Positions 1 to 12,335 of a stretch of DNA of 64,000 bases are shown here, piece by piece. The notes under the pieces are model-generated. The model searched no databases and was not told the origin of the DNA. It worked only from the letters and a program-made list of their open reading frames with translations. Positions within the stretch are counted from its first letter, which is position 1, and each line of letters begins with the position of its first letter. Origin of the DNA: Alloascoidea hylecoeti. Lineage: Eukaryota. The stretch lies in the NCBI GenBank assembly GCA_001600815.1, contig BCKZ01000011.1, positions 703,224-767,223 of the forward strand, given 5' to 3'. The position numbers and the translations under genes were made by a program.

Positions 1-2
1 AT

Positions 3-368
3 GCAGCAATTGCTCCAATTGATTTTACTATCGCTCCATCATTCGCTATACCAAAGCTTTTTGAAAAAGTATCAAAAACTTTACATTTAAATATAACCCC
101 TGATCAGATTTCAAAATGGGAATTAAATGAAGCATTCTCGGGTGTTGCTTTGGCCAATCTAAAAAGACTTAAGCTTGACCCATCAAAAGTTAATATAAAT
201 GGTGGTGCTGTCGCTTTAGGTCATCCATTAGGTAGTTCAGGTGCAAGAATTCTCGTTACCCTAATTAATGTCTTAAAAGAAGGTGAATACGGTGTTGCAA
301 GTTTATGTAACGGCGGAGGTGCTGCTACCGCTATTTTAATTCAAAAGGTCAGTTCTGTCCAGGAATAA
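3..368 (+). CDS. ERG10: Acetyl-CoA acetyltransferase (thiolase), 3' part, truncated by the window start
   Basis: Frame is open from position 3 ([12 protein letters not shown]...WELNEAFS...[21 protein letters not shown]...[11 protein letters not shown]). These are the thiolase NEAF, GHPxG and CxGGG motifs. Confidence 0.85.
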   Translation, partial: AAIAPIDFTIAPSFAIPKLFEKVSKTLHLNITPDQISKWELNEAFSGVALANLKRLKLDPSKVNINGGAVALGHPLGSSGARILVTLINVLKEGEYGVASLCNGGGAATAILIQKVSSVQE

Positions 369-1385
369 ATTTAACCGATTATTTTAAAATTTATATAAAT
401 AGCAAGGAAAAAGATACATATAGTCTATATATGCGCGGTTCAAAAATATGTTGATATTCTAAATTCAATTATACTTATTATATTTTCATATATTTAATTG
501 AACTTTTCTCTATTCACTGGAAACGAAATTACCATAATCAATATTAAACGTATATTATCTTAAATTTTAAATCTCATTATATAATTATAATTATGCAATA
601 GAACTATAGCTAAAATCACTACAGGAGATATTTATTAATGTTGTTGGTAACATGCTATATTAATATTATAACGTTACTTTGATTATCATAAGTACCGGTA
701 TAGGCTATATATATATATATTTACGAGATATTGATCATCTCCATTTCCTTTCAGCTTCAAAGTAGGATCCGGATCCTTAACGTTTACTTCTCTTAACCTC
801 GATATGTATTAGCTCCAGAACAATCCGTTATAAGATATACGAATACATTCTTTACTTTTTTAATCAATACATGTATATGTGTAATGTAGCTGATCGATCA
901 TATATAAGAAAGTTACGGAAAAATACTTTAATATATGTATTCCATGCTATAATTAAAAGTTAAGAGATATATATCTAGCTGCAATCAACTTTTATTAGTG
1001 GAAGGTTGAAATCTGATGATTGTGATCATAATATATTTTGTTCCCTCATACCCATTTTCACCCAATCAAATGACGGAAGGTATTTTTGGAAACCCATATA
1101 ACTCTGATTTTAATTACAAGGCATAGGTTTATATTTATACAGTCCTAAATTCGTTGATATAAGTCTATATTTGTTTAGATATCTATATTATGAACAGAAT
1201 AATCAATAATTATGTAACGTGAATCATCAAACTATTAATTACAAGGGAATCAATCAAAATCAGTATCACAATTTCTAAGATATTTCAAATCAGCAATACC
1301 TATATAAAAGAGCTATAGATGTACTCGTTCTAGTACTAATTCTTCTTAAATCGTAGCAACTATTCCTAATAAATTATCGTTAGAA

Positions 1386-1991
1386 ATGTCCCCAAAAATT
1401 GCAATAATCATTTACACTTGTTATCACCACATTTCAAAAATGGCTGAGTCTGTCAAAACTGGTATTACTTCAGCTGGTGGAAATGCAACTATCTATCAAG
1501 TACCAGAGACTCTTCCAGAAAATGTCTTGACCGCTATTCATGCCCCACCTAAGCCAAATTATCCAATTATTACAGTCCAGGATTTAACAAAATTCGATGC
1601 TATAGTTTTTGGTTTCCCTACAAGATTTGGTGCATTTCCTGCCCAATTCAAAGCATTCTGGGATGGAACGGGTGGCCTTTGGGCTTCTGGAGCATTACAT
1701 GGTAAATATTTCGGTGTTTTCACTTCTACTGGTACACCTGGTGGTGGCCAAGAAGTAACAATTCTTAATTCTTTATCTTCGTTTGTTCATCATGGTATGG
1801 TATTTGTACCATTGGGTTATAAGTATTCTTCCCCATTACTTACATCCTTTGATGAACCACATGGATCATCTCCATGGGGTGCTGGTACACTTGCCGGTGC
1901 AGATGGTTCTAGAGAGCCCTCAAATATTGAGTTGGGAATTGCTGAAATTCAAGGTAAAAGCTTTTATGATATTGTTGCTAAAGTTTTTTGA
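1386..1991 (+). CDS. PST2: Flavodoxin-like NAD(P)H:quinone oxidoreductase (WrbA/Pst2/Ycp4 family)
   Basis: Motifs YQVPETL, GFPTRFG, FWDGTGGLW, STGTPGGGQE, HHGM and SPWGAGT. Confidence 0.9.
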   Translation: MSPKIAIIIYTCYHHISKMAESVKTGITSAGGNATIYQVPETLPENVLTAIHAPPKPNYPIITVQDLTKFDAIVFGFPTRFGAFPAQFKAFWDGTGGLWASGALHGKYFGVFTSTGTPGGGQEVTILNSLSSFVHHGMVFVPLGYKYSSPLLTSFDEPHGSSPWGAGTLAGADGSREPSNIELGIAEIQGKSFYDIVAKVF

Positions 1992-2213
1992 ATGCCATAT
2001 CTTTGAAGTTGTTAACGTTAGCATATATTCTGAAGCATAATATATGTACTTACAAACTTGATATCTTTATAATTAAGTGTAGATATAGGATAAACATAAG
2101 TAAAACTAGAATTAAATTGTTTAACTATTTATAATTAGATATAATTTATATACATATAAATAGTGAGTATATATTTTAAATATTAATGCTTATTAGTTTC
2201 ACCTACCATAAAC

Positions 2214-2214
<1 letters not shown>

Positions 2215-2250
<36 letters not shown>
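2215..2250. repeat. (TAA)12 microsatellite
   Basis: Direct reading of taataataa... downstream of the PST2-like gene. Confidence 0.95.
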
Positions 2251-2252
<2 letters not shown>

Positions 2253-3423
2253 GCAATAAAACTGAAAATCTAGAAGAAAAGTAAACGAATGTTTACACAA
2301 TTGAACTTCCAAGTCTGAAAAAACCAGGAATTGTAAGATTATGATAGTTTTCTAAGCTTTAAAAATTAAAAAAAATCAGTTGTAAGAGATATGTATCTGT
2401 ATACTGTTGTGAAAAGATTATGCCCATAATCGATTCTTTGCTTAATTACTTACAGAACATGTACTATAATATAACTTATATATAGTATAACAGTATAACT
2501 TATGCCTATACATGTATAAGTTCATAATATATCATTATATTAGATAAAGTGTAACTATAAAATATATAAAATTTATATATTAATGAAGTCAATGAATATA
2601 TTACATATATAACTTATATATATATTAATATTATGGAGTTTGTCTGCAGACCTGGATATCCTCGTACGATATAGCCTAAGCAGTGAGCACAGAAACAATT
2701 AAACATTATTAACCTTGAGAGATATATATACAGCAATTTTTAATTGCACTCGAGATTAAACTATATAGCTATATAAATTACGTATAAATATAGGTAGAAG
2801 CATCTAACTTAATAATCTAAGATACATAAAACTCTGGCGCCAAGATCTTAAATATATCCTATAGCTTATATATCCCGTGATATCAAAAAAAGTAAGTGAT
2901 ATATATGCACTATGTATAAAAAAGGTATACTTAAGTAATCGTATAAGTATCGACAACATTTAATTTCAGAAAAGTATGGCGAAAGTAAAATCTTTTACAA
3001 CGAATCATCCATCGATACAGTGATACTACGCACTATAGTTGTAATTGAGCCCTTCCATACTGTAGACTTCATAGTTAACTTTAGTGTGATACAATTACGT
3101 ACAGGCTTATAATTAATTGTAGGGTTAGCGACTACAGTAAAAGTTAGCTATAGTGGCAGTTACTATATGGTTTATAATTTTATAACTTAAGCTAGCAATT
3201 GAAGAAATCATAATCCTTTCTAGATCTATAAACATTCGTTATATATATATTAGTAAAATGTATCTGATTAACGTGCCTATATATTTTAGCATCTTCGCTA
3301 TAGATATGTATGTATTATTTATTACAGATACCCTTGGGTTTATTACTGTGATAGAAAAATTAGAAATTATGATTAAGTGGCACATCTAAATTTCGAAAAG
3401 TCTGGGGTAGTGGTTTGAATTAG

Positions 3424-3522
3424 TCGGACCGGGCCACCTCTAATGCGCCGTTATAACCGGGTTATCCGATTAGCCGTTCTACAATCGTAAGCTGTTTAGT
3501 AACTTCTCTTGCCGTAATCGGC
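3424..3522. promoter_or_regulatory. Cluster of CGG/CCG triplets (putative Zn2Cys6 factor sites) plus a TTAGTAA Yap-type site upstream of the ABC transporter
   Basis: GC-rich island in AT-rich DNA: cggaccgggcc, ccgttataaccgggttatccg, palindromic GCCGTAATCGGC (3511-3522) and TTAGTAA (3496-3502), about 900 bp upstream of the ATG at 4396. Confidence 0.4.
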
Positions 3523-4395
3523 ATATGCATGAATGCATGACAAAGTATCAAAATAGACCTCATCAAGTAAGCTTTTATATAAAACATCTCGTAATAACAA
3601 CTACTTACAAGTATCGTTACCTTAGCTACCACTCCTGAACTTCTATTCGATAGAACTTATGGGTTTGACGTTACATAGTCAGCGTAAATCTCACTCTCAA
3701 TTGTAATCTCGAAAGTTACACATGGAGCTCCAGGAATGTGTACAGTTGGTAAAGCTAGAGGAGTGTGCTTTATTTGGGATTGAAGATGTGCATGCTATTT
3801 CAAAGAGACAATATCTATAATTATACCGAATATGGGAATGGCCCGGAATTGTCCTTAGAAATTATATCATGATCATATTTATTAATTAGACTTATAATGA
3901 TAAAGAAGAGTTTATTTATTAAAAATATTCTCTGCGTCATTAAAAAAAATTCTTAGCGCGTGCTTTATACAGTAAAATTTAACATTGGGGAAAGTGCCGC
4001 AGTCATCTCAGAGATTTTAATCGTATCAAGTAGAAAAAAATATTCCAGTCTTATACGTACCATTTTCTTCCCAATGTTGCAGTTAGTTGGAAGAGTGCAT
4101 ATATGACGGATAGTTTTGATTTATCCGTTTCATGGAAGATATAGTACAAAAGCATTTTCAGTATTTATATCCTTCATTCTCCCTCTAAATTTATAATAAT
4201 TATTCTTTCTTTAATCAAAACTCATTATTAGTAGAATATAACTGGAAAACTAATACTTGAACAATAATCGTTTAAACATACATCTTATTCTAAACTCAAG
4301 CTTGGTAGGTAGTCCTTAAATTTAAATTATCCTAACTTGATAATTACAGATCCTTTATTAACAAGAATATAGTTATTGAAAAAGAATTTTCAAAT

Positions 4396-7300
4396 ATGGA
4401 TTCATCCTCCTCCATTGGAAGTGACTCAGATAATCATAGTGTTAAACCTTTTACCCAAGCTGAAAAGGTTTCAAGCCATAATCTCATCAAGAAGTTAACA
4501 CATTCAAGAACTCGTGATTTAGAAAATGCCAATGAGGAAGACACTTATTCTGAACATTTGAGAACAGTTCTAAGTGATCCGAATGCCGTTCAACGTATTG
4601 AATCTCTAGCTCGTACATTATCTAGACGTGTCGCTGCTCAAGGTAAATTTGAAGTCGACCCAGATGATTTTGATCTTCAAGTTTTGTTAAAATATTTGAA
4701 TTCAAAGGGGTTGGAACAGGGAATTGAGGATAGTGCTTCAGGAATTGCATTCAAAGGAATTACTGCAAAAGGTGTTGATATTTCTGCTTCTTATGGTCCT
4801 TCGGTTTCCGAAATGTTTAGAACATTATTTAGTTTCCCTGCAAAATTAGTCAAAAGAGAACTCAAGCCAATTAGAAATATCATTCAAAATGTAACTGGTG
4901 TTGTGAAAGCTGGAGAAATGTGTTTTGTTATAGGTAGACCTGGTGCTGGTTGCTCAACTCTTTTAAAATGTTGTTCCGGTGAAATTAGCGAGTTAGTTGG
5001 AGTTGAAGGTGAATTCTCCTATGATGGTCTTACACAAGAACAGATGATGAAAAAATATAAGGGTTATGTTATTTATAATCCCGAATTGGATGACCATTTC
5101 CCTCATCTTAAAGTAAAGGATACGATTGATTTCGCTTTAAAGACCAAAACACCAGCTGCGAGAATCGATGGCCTTTCAAGAACACAATATGTTGACACCA
5201 TGAGAGATCTCTGGTGTACTGTCTTTGGTTTACGACATACTTATGGTACTAAAGTTGGTAATGATTTCGTCCGTGGTGTTTCTGGTGGTGAAAGAAAGAG
5301 AGTTTCAATTGTTGAAGCTTTGGCCTGCAATGCTTCTATTTACTCTTGGGATAATGCAACCAGAGGTCTTGATGCATCTACTGCCCTTGAATTTGCTCAA
5401 GCCATTCGTACAGCTACCAATTTGCTAAACAATTCTGCTTTAGTTGCTATTTATCAAGCAGGAGAGAACATTTATGAATTATTTGATAAGGTAACTATTC
5501 TTTATCTCGGTAAACAAATTTATTTTGGTCCTGCTACAAAAGCAAAATCCTATTTTGAAAGAATGGGGTGGTACTGCCCTCCAAGAATGACTTCACCTGA
5601 ATTTTTGACTTCAGTCACAGATCCTAATGGAAGATATCCAAGAGAAGGAATGGAGGATAAGGTTCCCCAGACCGCTGAAGAATTTGAGCAATATTGGCTA
5701 AATTCGCCTGATTATCAAGAGTGTTTAGCAGAATATAATGATTATACTACTTCACATACATATGAAGAGACGATGAATAGATTGGAGACTGTCAGCCATC
5801 AAAGAAAAGAAAAAATGCAAAGAACAGAATCCAAATATGTTGTTTCATTCCCATCTCAAGTTCGCCATCTGATCACCCGTGGTATTCAAAGACAACGTGG
5901 TGAAATGACATATAGCGTTATATATTTGAGTACTTTCTTGATCAAAGGTCTTATTGTTGGTTCGTTATTTTATAGCATTCCTACAGGTACAAGTGGTGCG
6001 GTTTCTCGTGCTGGTTGTATTTTCTATTGCTTGGTTTTTTGTGCTTTAACTTCTTTAGCTGAAATTTCTCATTCATTTTCTTTCCGTCCGGTATTAATGA
6101 AACAAAAAAGTTACTCAATGTACCATAACTCAGCTGAAGCTCTTCAAGAAATCATAACCGAATTTCCTACAAAATTTATTGCCATAATTATCCTTGCATT
6201 GACTGCTTATTGGATGCCTCATCTAAACCATACAGCAGGAGCCTTTTTCTCATTTCTTCTTTTCTTATTACAAATTCAGCAGTGTATGTCTTTCTTGTTC
6301 AAAATTGTTGCTGCTATTACAAAAGATGGTGAGACTGCCCATGCGGTTGGTGGTCTAACTGTTTTGATTCTTTGCATGTATGCAGGTTATATTATTCCTC
6401 TACCACAAATGCATCATTGGGCCAAATGGATAAACTGGATTAACCCTCTTAGATATGCCTTTGAGGCTCTTATTGCCACAGAGTTCCATGGTAAACACAT
6501 GGATTGTGATTCTCTTGTTCCTTCGGGTGATGGCTATGAAAATGTTTCATTGGCAAATACCGTTTGTGCATTTAAAGGTGGTGCTGCTAATAAAGATTGG
6601 GTTAAAGGTGATGACTATATCTCCAAATATTTCCACTTTTATATGTCTCATACCTGGAGAGATATGGGTATTAATATTGCTTGGATGGCCTTCTTTATGG
6701 TTGTTAATTGTTGCCTGGCTGAGTTTGTCAAACCAGTTGAAGGTGGTGGTGATATGCTTCTCTATAAAAGAGGGCATTTACCTGCAGGTGATATGGAAAC
6801 CGCCGATGGTCGTGTTGCTACTAGAGATGAAATGATGGAAGCACTTAATGGGCCTGGTGTCGATCTTGAAAAAGTCATCGCTGAAAAGGATGTTTTTTCA
6901 TTCCAAAATGTAGACTATATTATTCCATATGACGGTGCTACAAGACAACTGCTTAACAACATTCAAGGGTTTGTCAAGCCAGGTACAATGACTGCCCTTA
7001 TGGGTGAATCTGGTGCTGGTAAAACAACTTTACTTAATGTTTTATCCCAACGTATTAATTTTGGTGTTATCACTGGTGATATGCTTGTTAATGGTCGTCC
7101 AATTGATTCTTCCTTTAAACGCCGTACAGGTTATGTTCAACAACAAGATCTCCATTTGGCTGAATATTCAGTTCGCGAATCTCTTCGTTTTGCCGCTGAA
7201 GTTAGACAACCAGCAAGTGTTTCAATTGCTGAAAAACATGAGTATGTTGAAAAAATTATTAGACTACTTGGTATGGAAAATTATGCTGAAGCTATTGTCG

Positions 7301-8904
7301 GTAAAACTGGCCGTGGTTTAAATGTCGAGCAAAGAAAGAAGTTATCTATAGGTGTGGAACTTGTTGCTAAACCATCATTACTTCTTTTCCTTGATGAGCC
7401 TACTTCTGGTCTTGATTCTCAATCCGCCTGGTCTATCATTCAATTCTTACGCGCTTTAGCCGATTCGGGTCAAGCTATTTTATGTACTATTCATCAGCCT
7501 TCTGCTACACTTTTTGAGGTTTTCGATCGTTTACTATTATTGAAGAAAGGTGGTAAGACAGTTTACTTCGGTGATATTGGTCCGAATTCTTCTACTTTAC
7601 TTTCTTATTTTGAAAGGCAATCTGGTGTTCAATGTGGTGCATCTGAAAATCCTGCTGAATATATCTTAAATTGTATTGGTGCAGGTGCAACGGCTTCTGC
7701 TTCATCTGATTGGCATGATCTTTGGATTTCTTCACCTGAATTTAATTCAATTTCAGCTGAGATAACAAAACTTCACGCCGAATTGCCGAATAGACCTCAG
7801 TTAACAAACTCTGATGACTTGAAGGGTAAATATGCTGTTAGTTGGCCAAAACAATTTTGGTGTGTATTTAGAAGAACAGGCATGCAGTTCTGGAGGTCAC
7901 CTACTTATATTAGAGGTAAATTTCTTGAATGTGCTGGTTGTGCTCTTATGGTCGGTTTATCCTTTATTGCTGTAAATCATTCACAAGAAGCTGCATCTCA
8001 ACCAATTACGGCTATTTTTATGATGTTGTTTATTGCTCTTGCTATGATTAATCAAATGCATGTTTTTGCATATCCTTCAAGAGAATTATATGAAGTTCGT
8101 GAAGCGGCTTCTAACACTTTTCATTGGTCTGCATTGTTATTAGCTCAAACATGTTGGGAAATAATTTGGTCTGGTTTATGCCAATTCTTCTGTTTTATCT
8201 GCTTTTACTGGCCTGCTGGATTTACAGGAAAATCTCAAGAAGCTGGTTACTTTTTCCTCATGTATGTTGTCATGTTTACCATTTACTTTTGTACTTATGG
8301 TCTGTGGGTTCTTTATTTCTCTCCTAATGTTCCATCAGCTTCAATCATCAACTCCTTATTATTCCCACTTCAATTGTTATTTTGTGGTATATTGCAGCCA
8401 TTTAATTTCATGCCAGGTTTCTGGACATTTATGTATAAATTGTCACCATTTACATATTTCGTTCAATCATTTGTTTCTCCATTAGTACATGGTAAATATT
8501 TAAGATGTAAGGAAACGGAATATAATATTTTAACTCCACCAAGTGGTGAAACATGTTCATCTTATTTATCTGATTATATCAATAGAGAAGGTGGATATCT
8601 TAAATACCCAGGTGCAACAGATAGTTGTATGTACTGTCCATATACAAGTCAAGAAGATGTTATGGCAGTATATAATGTTAAATGGGTTTATAGATGGAGA
8701 AATTTTGGTTTCTCGTTTGCCTATATTATATTTAATGTTGTAGCAATGCTTGGTTGTTACTATTTAGTCAGAGTTAAAGTTTGGAATATGAAAGCTATAT
8801 TGGATTTCAAGCATTGGTTTAATGGTCCTAGAAAGGAACGTCATGAAGAACCAACTAATATATTTGCAGCAAAACCTGGTGATGAAAGAGTAATCAAAAA
8901 TTAA
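4396..8904 (+). CDS. PDR12: Full-size PDR/ABCG transporter, PDR12-like (weak organic acid efflux)
   Basis: NBD1 has degenerate Walker A GRPGAGCST and signature VSGGERKRVSI. NBD2 has GESGAGKTT and LNVEQRKKLSIGVEL. Two TMDs, and the C-terminal HWFNGPRKERHE is typical of Pdr12. Confidence 0.85.
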   Translation: MDSSSSIGSDSDNHSVKPFTQAEKVSSHNLIKKLTHSRTRDLENANEEDTYSEHLRTVLSDPNAVQRIESLARTLSRRVAAQGKFEVDPDDFDLQVLLKYLNSKGLEQGIEDSASGIAFKGITAKGVDISASYGPSVSEMFRTLFSFPAKLVKRELKPIRNIIQNVTGVVKAGEMCFVIGRPGAGCSTLLKCCSGEISELVGVEGEFSYDGLTQEQMMKKYKGYVIYNPELDDHFPHLKVKDTIDFALKTKTPAARIDGLSRTQYVDTMRDLWCTVFGLRHTYGTKVGNDFVRGVSGGERKRVSIVEALACNASIYSWDNATRGLDASTALEFAQAIRTATNLLNNSALVAIYQAGENIYELFDKVTILYLGKQIYFGPATKAKSYFERMGWYCPPRMTSPEFLTSVTDPNGRYPREGMEDKVPQTAEEFEQYWLNSPDYQECLAEYNDYTTSHTYEETMNRLETVSHQRKEKMQRTESKYVVSFPSQVRHLITRGIQRQRGEMTYSVIYLSTFLIKGLIVGSLFYSIPTGTSGAVSRAGCIFYCLVFCALTSLAEISHSFSFRPVLMKQKSYSMYHNSAEALQEIITEFPTKFIAIIILALTAYWMPHLNHTAGAFFSFLLFLLQIQQCMSFLFKIVAAITKDGETAHAVGGLTVLILCMYAGYIIPLPQMHHWAKWINWINPLRYAFEALIATEFHGKHMDCDSLVPSGDGYENVSLANTVCAFKGGAANKDWVKGDDYISKYFHFYMSHTWRDMGINIAWMAFFMVVNCCLAEFVKPVEGGGDMLLYKRGHLPAGDMETADGRVATRDEMMEALNGPGVDLEKVIAEKDVFSFQNVDYIIPYDGATRQLLNNIQGFVKPGTMTALMGESGAGKTTLLNVLSQRINFGVITGDMLVNGRPIDSSFKRRTGYVQQQDLHLAEYSVRESLRFAAEVRQPASVSIAEKHEYVEKIIRLLGMENYAEAIVGKTGRGLNVEQRKKLSIGVELVAKPSLLLFLDEPTSGLDSQSAWSIIQFLRALADSGQAILCTIHQPSATLFEVFDRLLLLKKGGKTVYFGDIGPNSSTLLSYFERQSGVQCGASENPAEYILNCIGAGATASASSDWHDLWISSPEFNSISAEITKLHAELPNRPQLTNSDDLKGKYAVSWPKQFWCVFRRTGMQFWRSPTYIRGKFLECAGCALMVGLSFIAVNHSQEAASQPITAIFMMLFIALAMINQMHVFAYPSRELYEVREAASNTFHWSALLLAQTCWEIIWSGLCQFFCFICFYWPAGFTGKSQEAGYFFLMYVVMFTIYFCTYGLWVLYFSPNVPSASIINSLLFPLQLLFCGILQPFNFMPGFWTFMYKLSPFTYFVQSFVSPLVHGKYLRCKETEYNILTPPSGETCSSYLSDYINREGGYLKYPGATDSCMYCPYTSQEDVMAVYNVKWVYRWRNFGFSFAYIIFNVVAMLGCYYLVRVKVWNMKAILDFKHWFNGPRKERHEEPTNIFAAKPGDERVIKN

Positions 8905-9622
8905 AGAAAATAATCGCATACCTGCATTCAATAACGGAGAGGTCAAACATCATATACTATATATTAATCATTTAAATTTATTTTGCTTTTTAATTTTTTT
9001 CTTCTCATCATTTTCTTTCCTGATTGCATATAATCATCTTTTCTGTATTCATATTATCTATGCTTTCCTCAATTTTTTTTGTTTTGATTATATGACTTAG
9101 GCAGAAAATTGTCTTGTTTGTAACAAAAACAGTTTAAATATTATAAATATAAATTATAACATAATTATTATAAGTTACTTTAGACTTTAGAAGCAAGGGT
9201 CGGAGTGAACACAATTTTTTTAATTAATCATTTAACATATTTTTTTATTAGATTTAATATAAATTGTGTATGATTTCGAGGTCCTTAAGATTGTAAAAAT
9301 TCTTTCCTTTCTAAACAGCACTACATTTTTTCTCATAATTAATATTACAAATGTATAGAATTACATTATAACACTCTTGTATAAATTAACTTTATATAAT
9401 TCTCTATATACAAAAAATAAGAAGACATCTGACAATTAATATATCGTTTTTAGTTAAAGGGAGTCAGGATACAATAGTTCTATATAAAATTGGTGAGCCA
9501 AAAAGTATGCTAACATAAACATAGGTATATGAGGAGCACTCAAAGTAACCTCGATACCTTGTAGATGGTTATAATTTAAATTGGAGTCAAAGAATTTTTG
9601 AAAAATGATGTTCTGTGACTTT

Positions 9623-10625
9623 TTAAATCGATTTTGTCTTTCCTTCTAATTCAGAAGTAGCCGGTTCAGTTTCAGACTTAGCTTCAGTAGAATCGGAATC
9701 TTCAGCTTTTTTAGTTGCATGATCATTAAGCTGATGTCCAACTTCAGACATACTTTCGCCTTCAGTACTTTCAGATTGATTTTTGCTTATTTTATCATTC
9801 TTTTCAATTTCTTCTTGTACCATTTCGATATCATTATCGTTAATATCATCATCATTTCTTAATTCTTCTGCATATTCTTCAGGGTGTTCTCTAAAGCATG
9901 CTTGCATTGCAGAAAATTTCTCGATACAATCAATTCCTTTAGGTTCGGCTTCTGAATAAACAAAACAACTGAAAGCAGCTTTAAATTCCTCACCACAAGG
10001 TCCATTTGCCATACCACCTAAGCATGGGCAATCCCAATTAATTTCACCGGTTTCCGGGTTATAAGCACCTTGTTGAACTTCAATGCCTTCTTCACCTTCA
10101 ACAGGCTCGGTTTCGGTATTAGCGGATTCTGTTTCCTTGATTGATTCGGACGTTGATGATACTGATTCAGATATTGGGGTTTCTACCGCTTCTGATTCAA
10201 CATTTTCAGCTGGTGCCGGTTCATCGGGAACAAACACATTTTTATCCGTATGTTCTTCATGTTCTTCATGTTCTTCATGCTCTTCATGCTCTTTATTTAT
10301 TAATTAGTAAATTTAAATCTTCAGATAGAATATTCAGATTGTATTACTTACTATTTTTACGACCACCCAATAAAATAGCAACTGTCACAACACCCGCAGT
10401 AAGTGCTAATGATATTGATTGATCTTTTAATAAAGTTGATGAATTTGTTTTATGACCATCATTATCGCTTGATCCTGATTCAGTGGACATTCGTCTATTT
10501 GAAATATTTAAAGCTATTGGCAAATTCCTCATAGCAATTCCTCGTCTGAAATTTATTTTTGAGTTTTGAATTACTAATCTCGACATTGAACGAATTGCGG
10601 TTGATGATTTATTAAATCGTAACAT
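9623..10625 (-). CDS. MIA40: Mitochondrial IMS import oxidoreductase Mia40; two exons (10625-10352, 10290-9623)
   Basis: Presequence plus TM in exon 1. A 61-nt intron 10351-10291 (GTAAGT...TACTAAT...AAG) joins in frame to KHEEHEE... and then [29 protein letters not shown]...C...C (CPC plus twin Cx9C). Confidence 0.93.
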
Positions 10626-11327
10626 TATTAATCAATTTTTGAATAGTATCTGTATATATATAGTATTGTATGTATTAATTTTTTATTGTTTTTGATTTTT
10701 TCAAACTTTTTGAGCTGTTCGAGCTTTTCAAACTCTTTGATATTCTGAGAAAAGTGGAAAGAAATGAAATTTTGTGTTGCAGTAGAAGTGCACATGATGT
10801 TGTGTGCATAGAGAAAAATATAGTAATTAATACCCGTTGTATTAGTAAGAGTATAAATTCGGAAGAAGAAATTTATTTTTATATGATCTTATAGTTATGA
10901 ATATTAATATCCCTGAAAAGCCAGCAAGACTATTAGTTAATATAATGTCAGTACATAAAATGCAGAGTATTATTTGCTCTTCTAATCATTTAAAAATATA
11001 TGATTTAAATAAATGCGCGATGTAAAAGGTATATTAATTAGGAGGATTGTTATTCTTATGATTAAGTGTATAAAGAAGTAAATGAAGTTAACAAACAAAA
11101 TGATATTGATCTATATGGAAAATGGGAAGATATTAATGGTATAAAAGAGCCTTTCAATTGACAGAATAAAATAAACAGACGTGATAAAATAGACATGATT
11201 AACAACGAATATAGGTAAATTTAAATAAAAATATAGCAGTGTATCCACTAATTTTAAGTAAGTCGGTCGCAAGGAAACAAAACAAACAGGAAAAATAAAA
11301 TAAAATAGATTCTAGTCAAAAATATAG

Positions 11328-12335
11328 TCAACAAGCACAACCGCTACTCTTTTTTGGTTGTGATATATCAATTGAATCAAAATCGAAACTGAGAATTGGT
11401 GGATGTTCTTCTAGTCTTTTTAAACCTAAATATGCAGCTCTACCAAATATTTCAGCAACTTTTAGATTTGTCTTTGCACTTGATTCAAAGCAGTTTTTTT
11501 CAATTTCAATTTCTATAGAATTTGAATTATTGGTGCAGTTAATGATATTCATTGATATAAATTCTTGTGCTTGCCTTAATGATATAACACGATGTTTTTC
11601 TTTATCAACCTTATTACCAACAACTAAAATACCTGGGTTTGTAACATGAACGTTTTCAAGAAAATCATTTAACCATTTATTTAAGCTTTGAAATGTATCT
11701 AGTATGCAGTGTGTTAATTATCTATTATAGTATCCCTGAGTAACGACAGTTGCAATGTGCGACATTATGATCCATACAGATTTTAAATGATGGACTTGAC
11801 AGAGGAATTCAAAAAAAGATTGACTTACCAGCTCTCGTACAGTCATATACTAACACTACCACATCAGTTCCGCGATAAAAGGATCTTGCAATTGAGTTAA
11901 AACGCTCTTGGCCTATAATGATGCCACAATAATCCATTAGTACTTGAGTTCCAATTCGAAATTACGTACCATTTTATCGACATACCTGCTGTATCCCAAA
12001 TTTGTAGAAATGCTGTTCCTAGTTCAGTTTTAACCTTACTTGTAAGATAATCACCACCAACAGTGGCTCGATAGGCAGTAGAGAAAGAATGGTGAACGAA
12101 CTGACTTCGAAGAGATGTTTTTCCAACAGAGGCATCTCCAAGTAGCAATATCTAAATGACTTAAGATTAGCTAGACTCAATATATTGGGAAGAATGATCC
12201 CCAATTATAATGCAGATCCGAGAATATGAGAGCACATAGGGACCGAAGAACAAAAACATAAAAAGAATAGCAGTTTAGAAAAAGAAACCGAAAACATACC
12301 TTCACTGCCCTTGTGGTGGAGGCATCGAGAGACAT
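11328..12335 (-). CDS. Rab-family small GTPase (Rab7/Ypt7-like, divergent); four exons (12335-12300, 12151-11986, 11912-11829, 11698-11328)
   Basis: Spliced product MSLDASTTRAVK|ILLLGDASVGKTS...WDTAG|QERFNSIARSFYRG...|...VVGNKVD...FESSAK...SSGCAC. Has G1-G5 motifs and a CxC prenylation end. Introns GTATGT/GTATGT/GTAAGT...AG keep the frame. Confidence 0.85.

Noticed and set aside
5225..8743. Short alternative-frame ORFs within the first ABC transporter
   Set aside because: They overlap a long conserved CDS and have no recognisable motifs.
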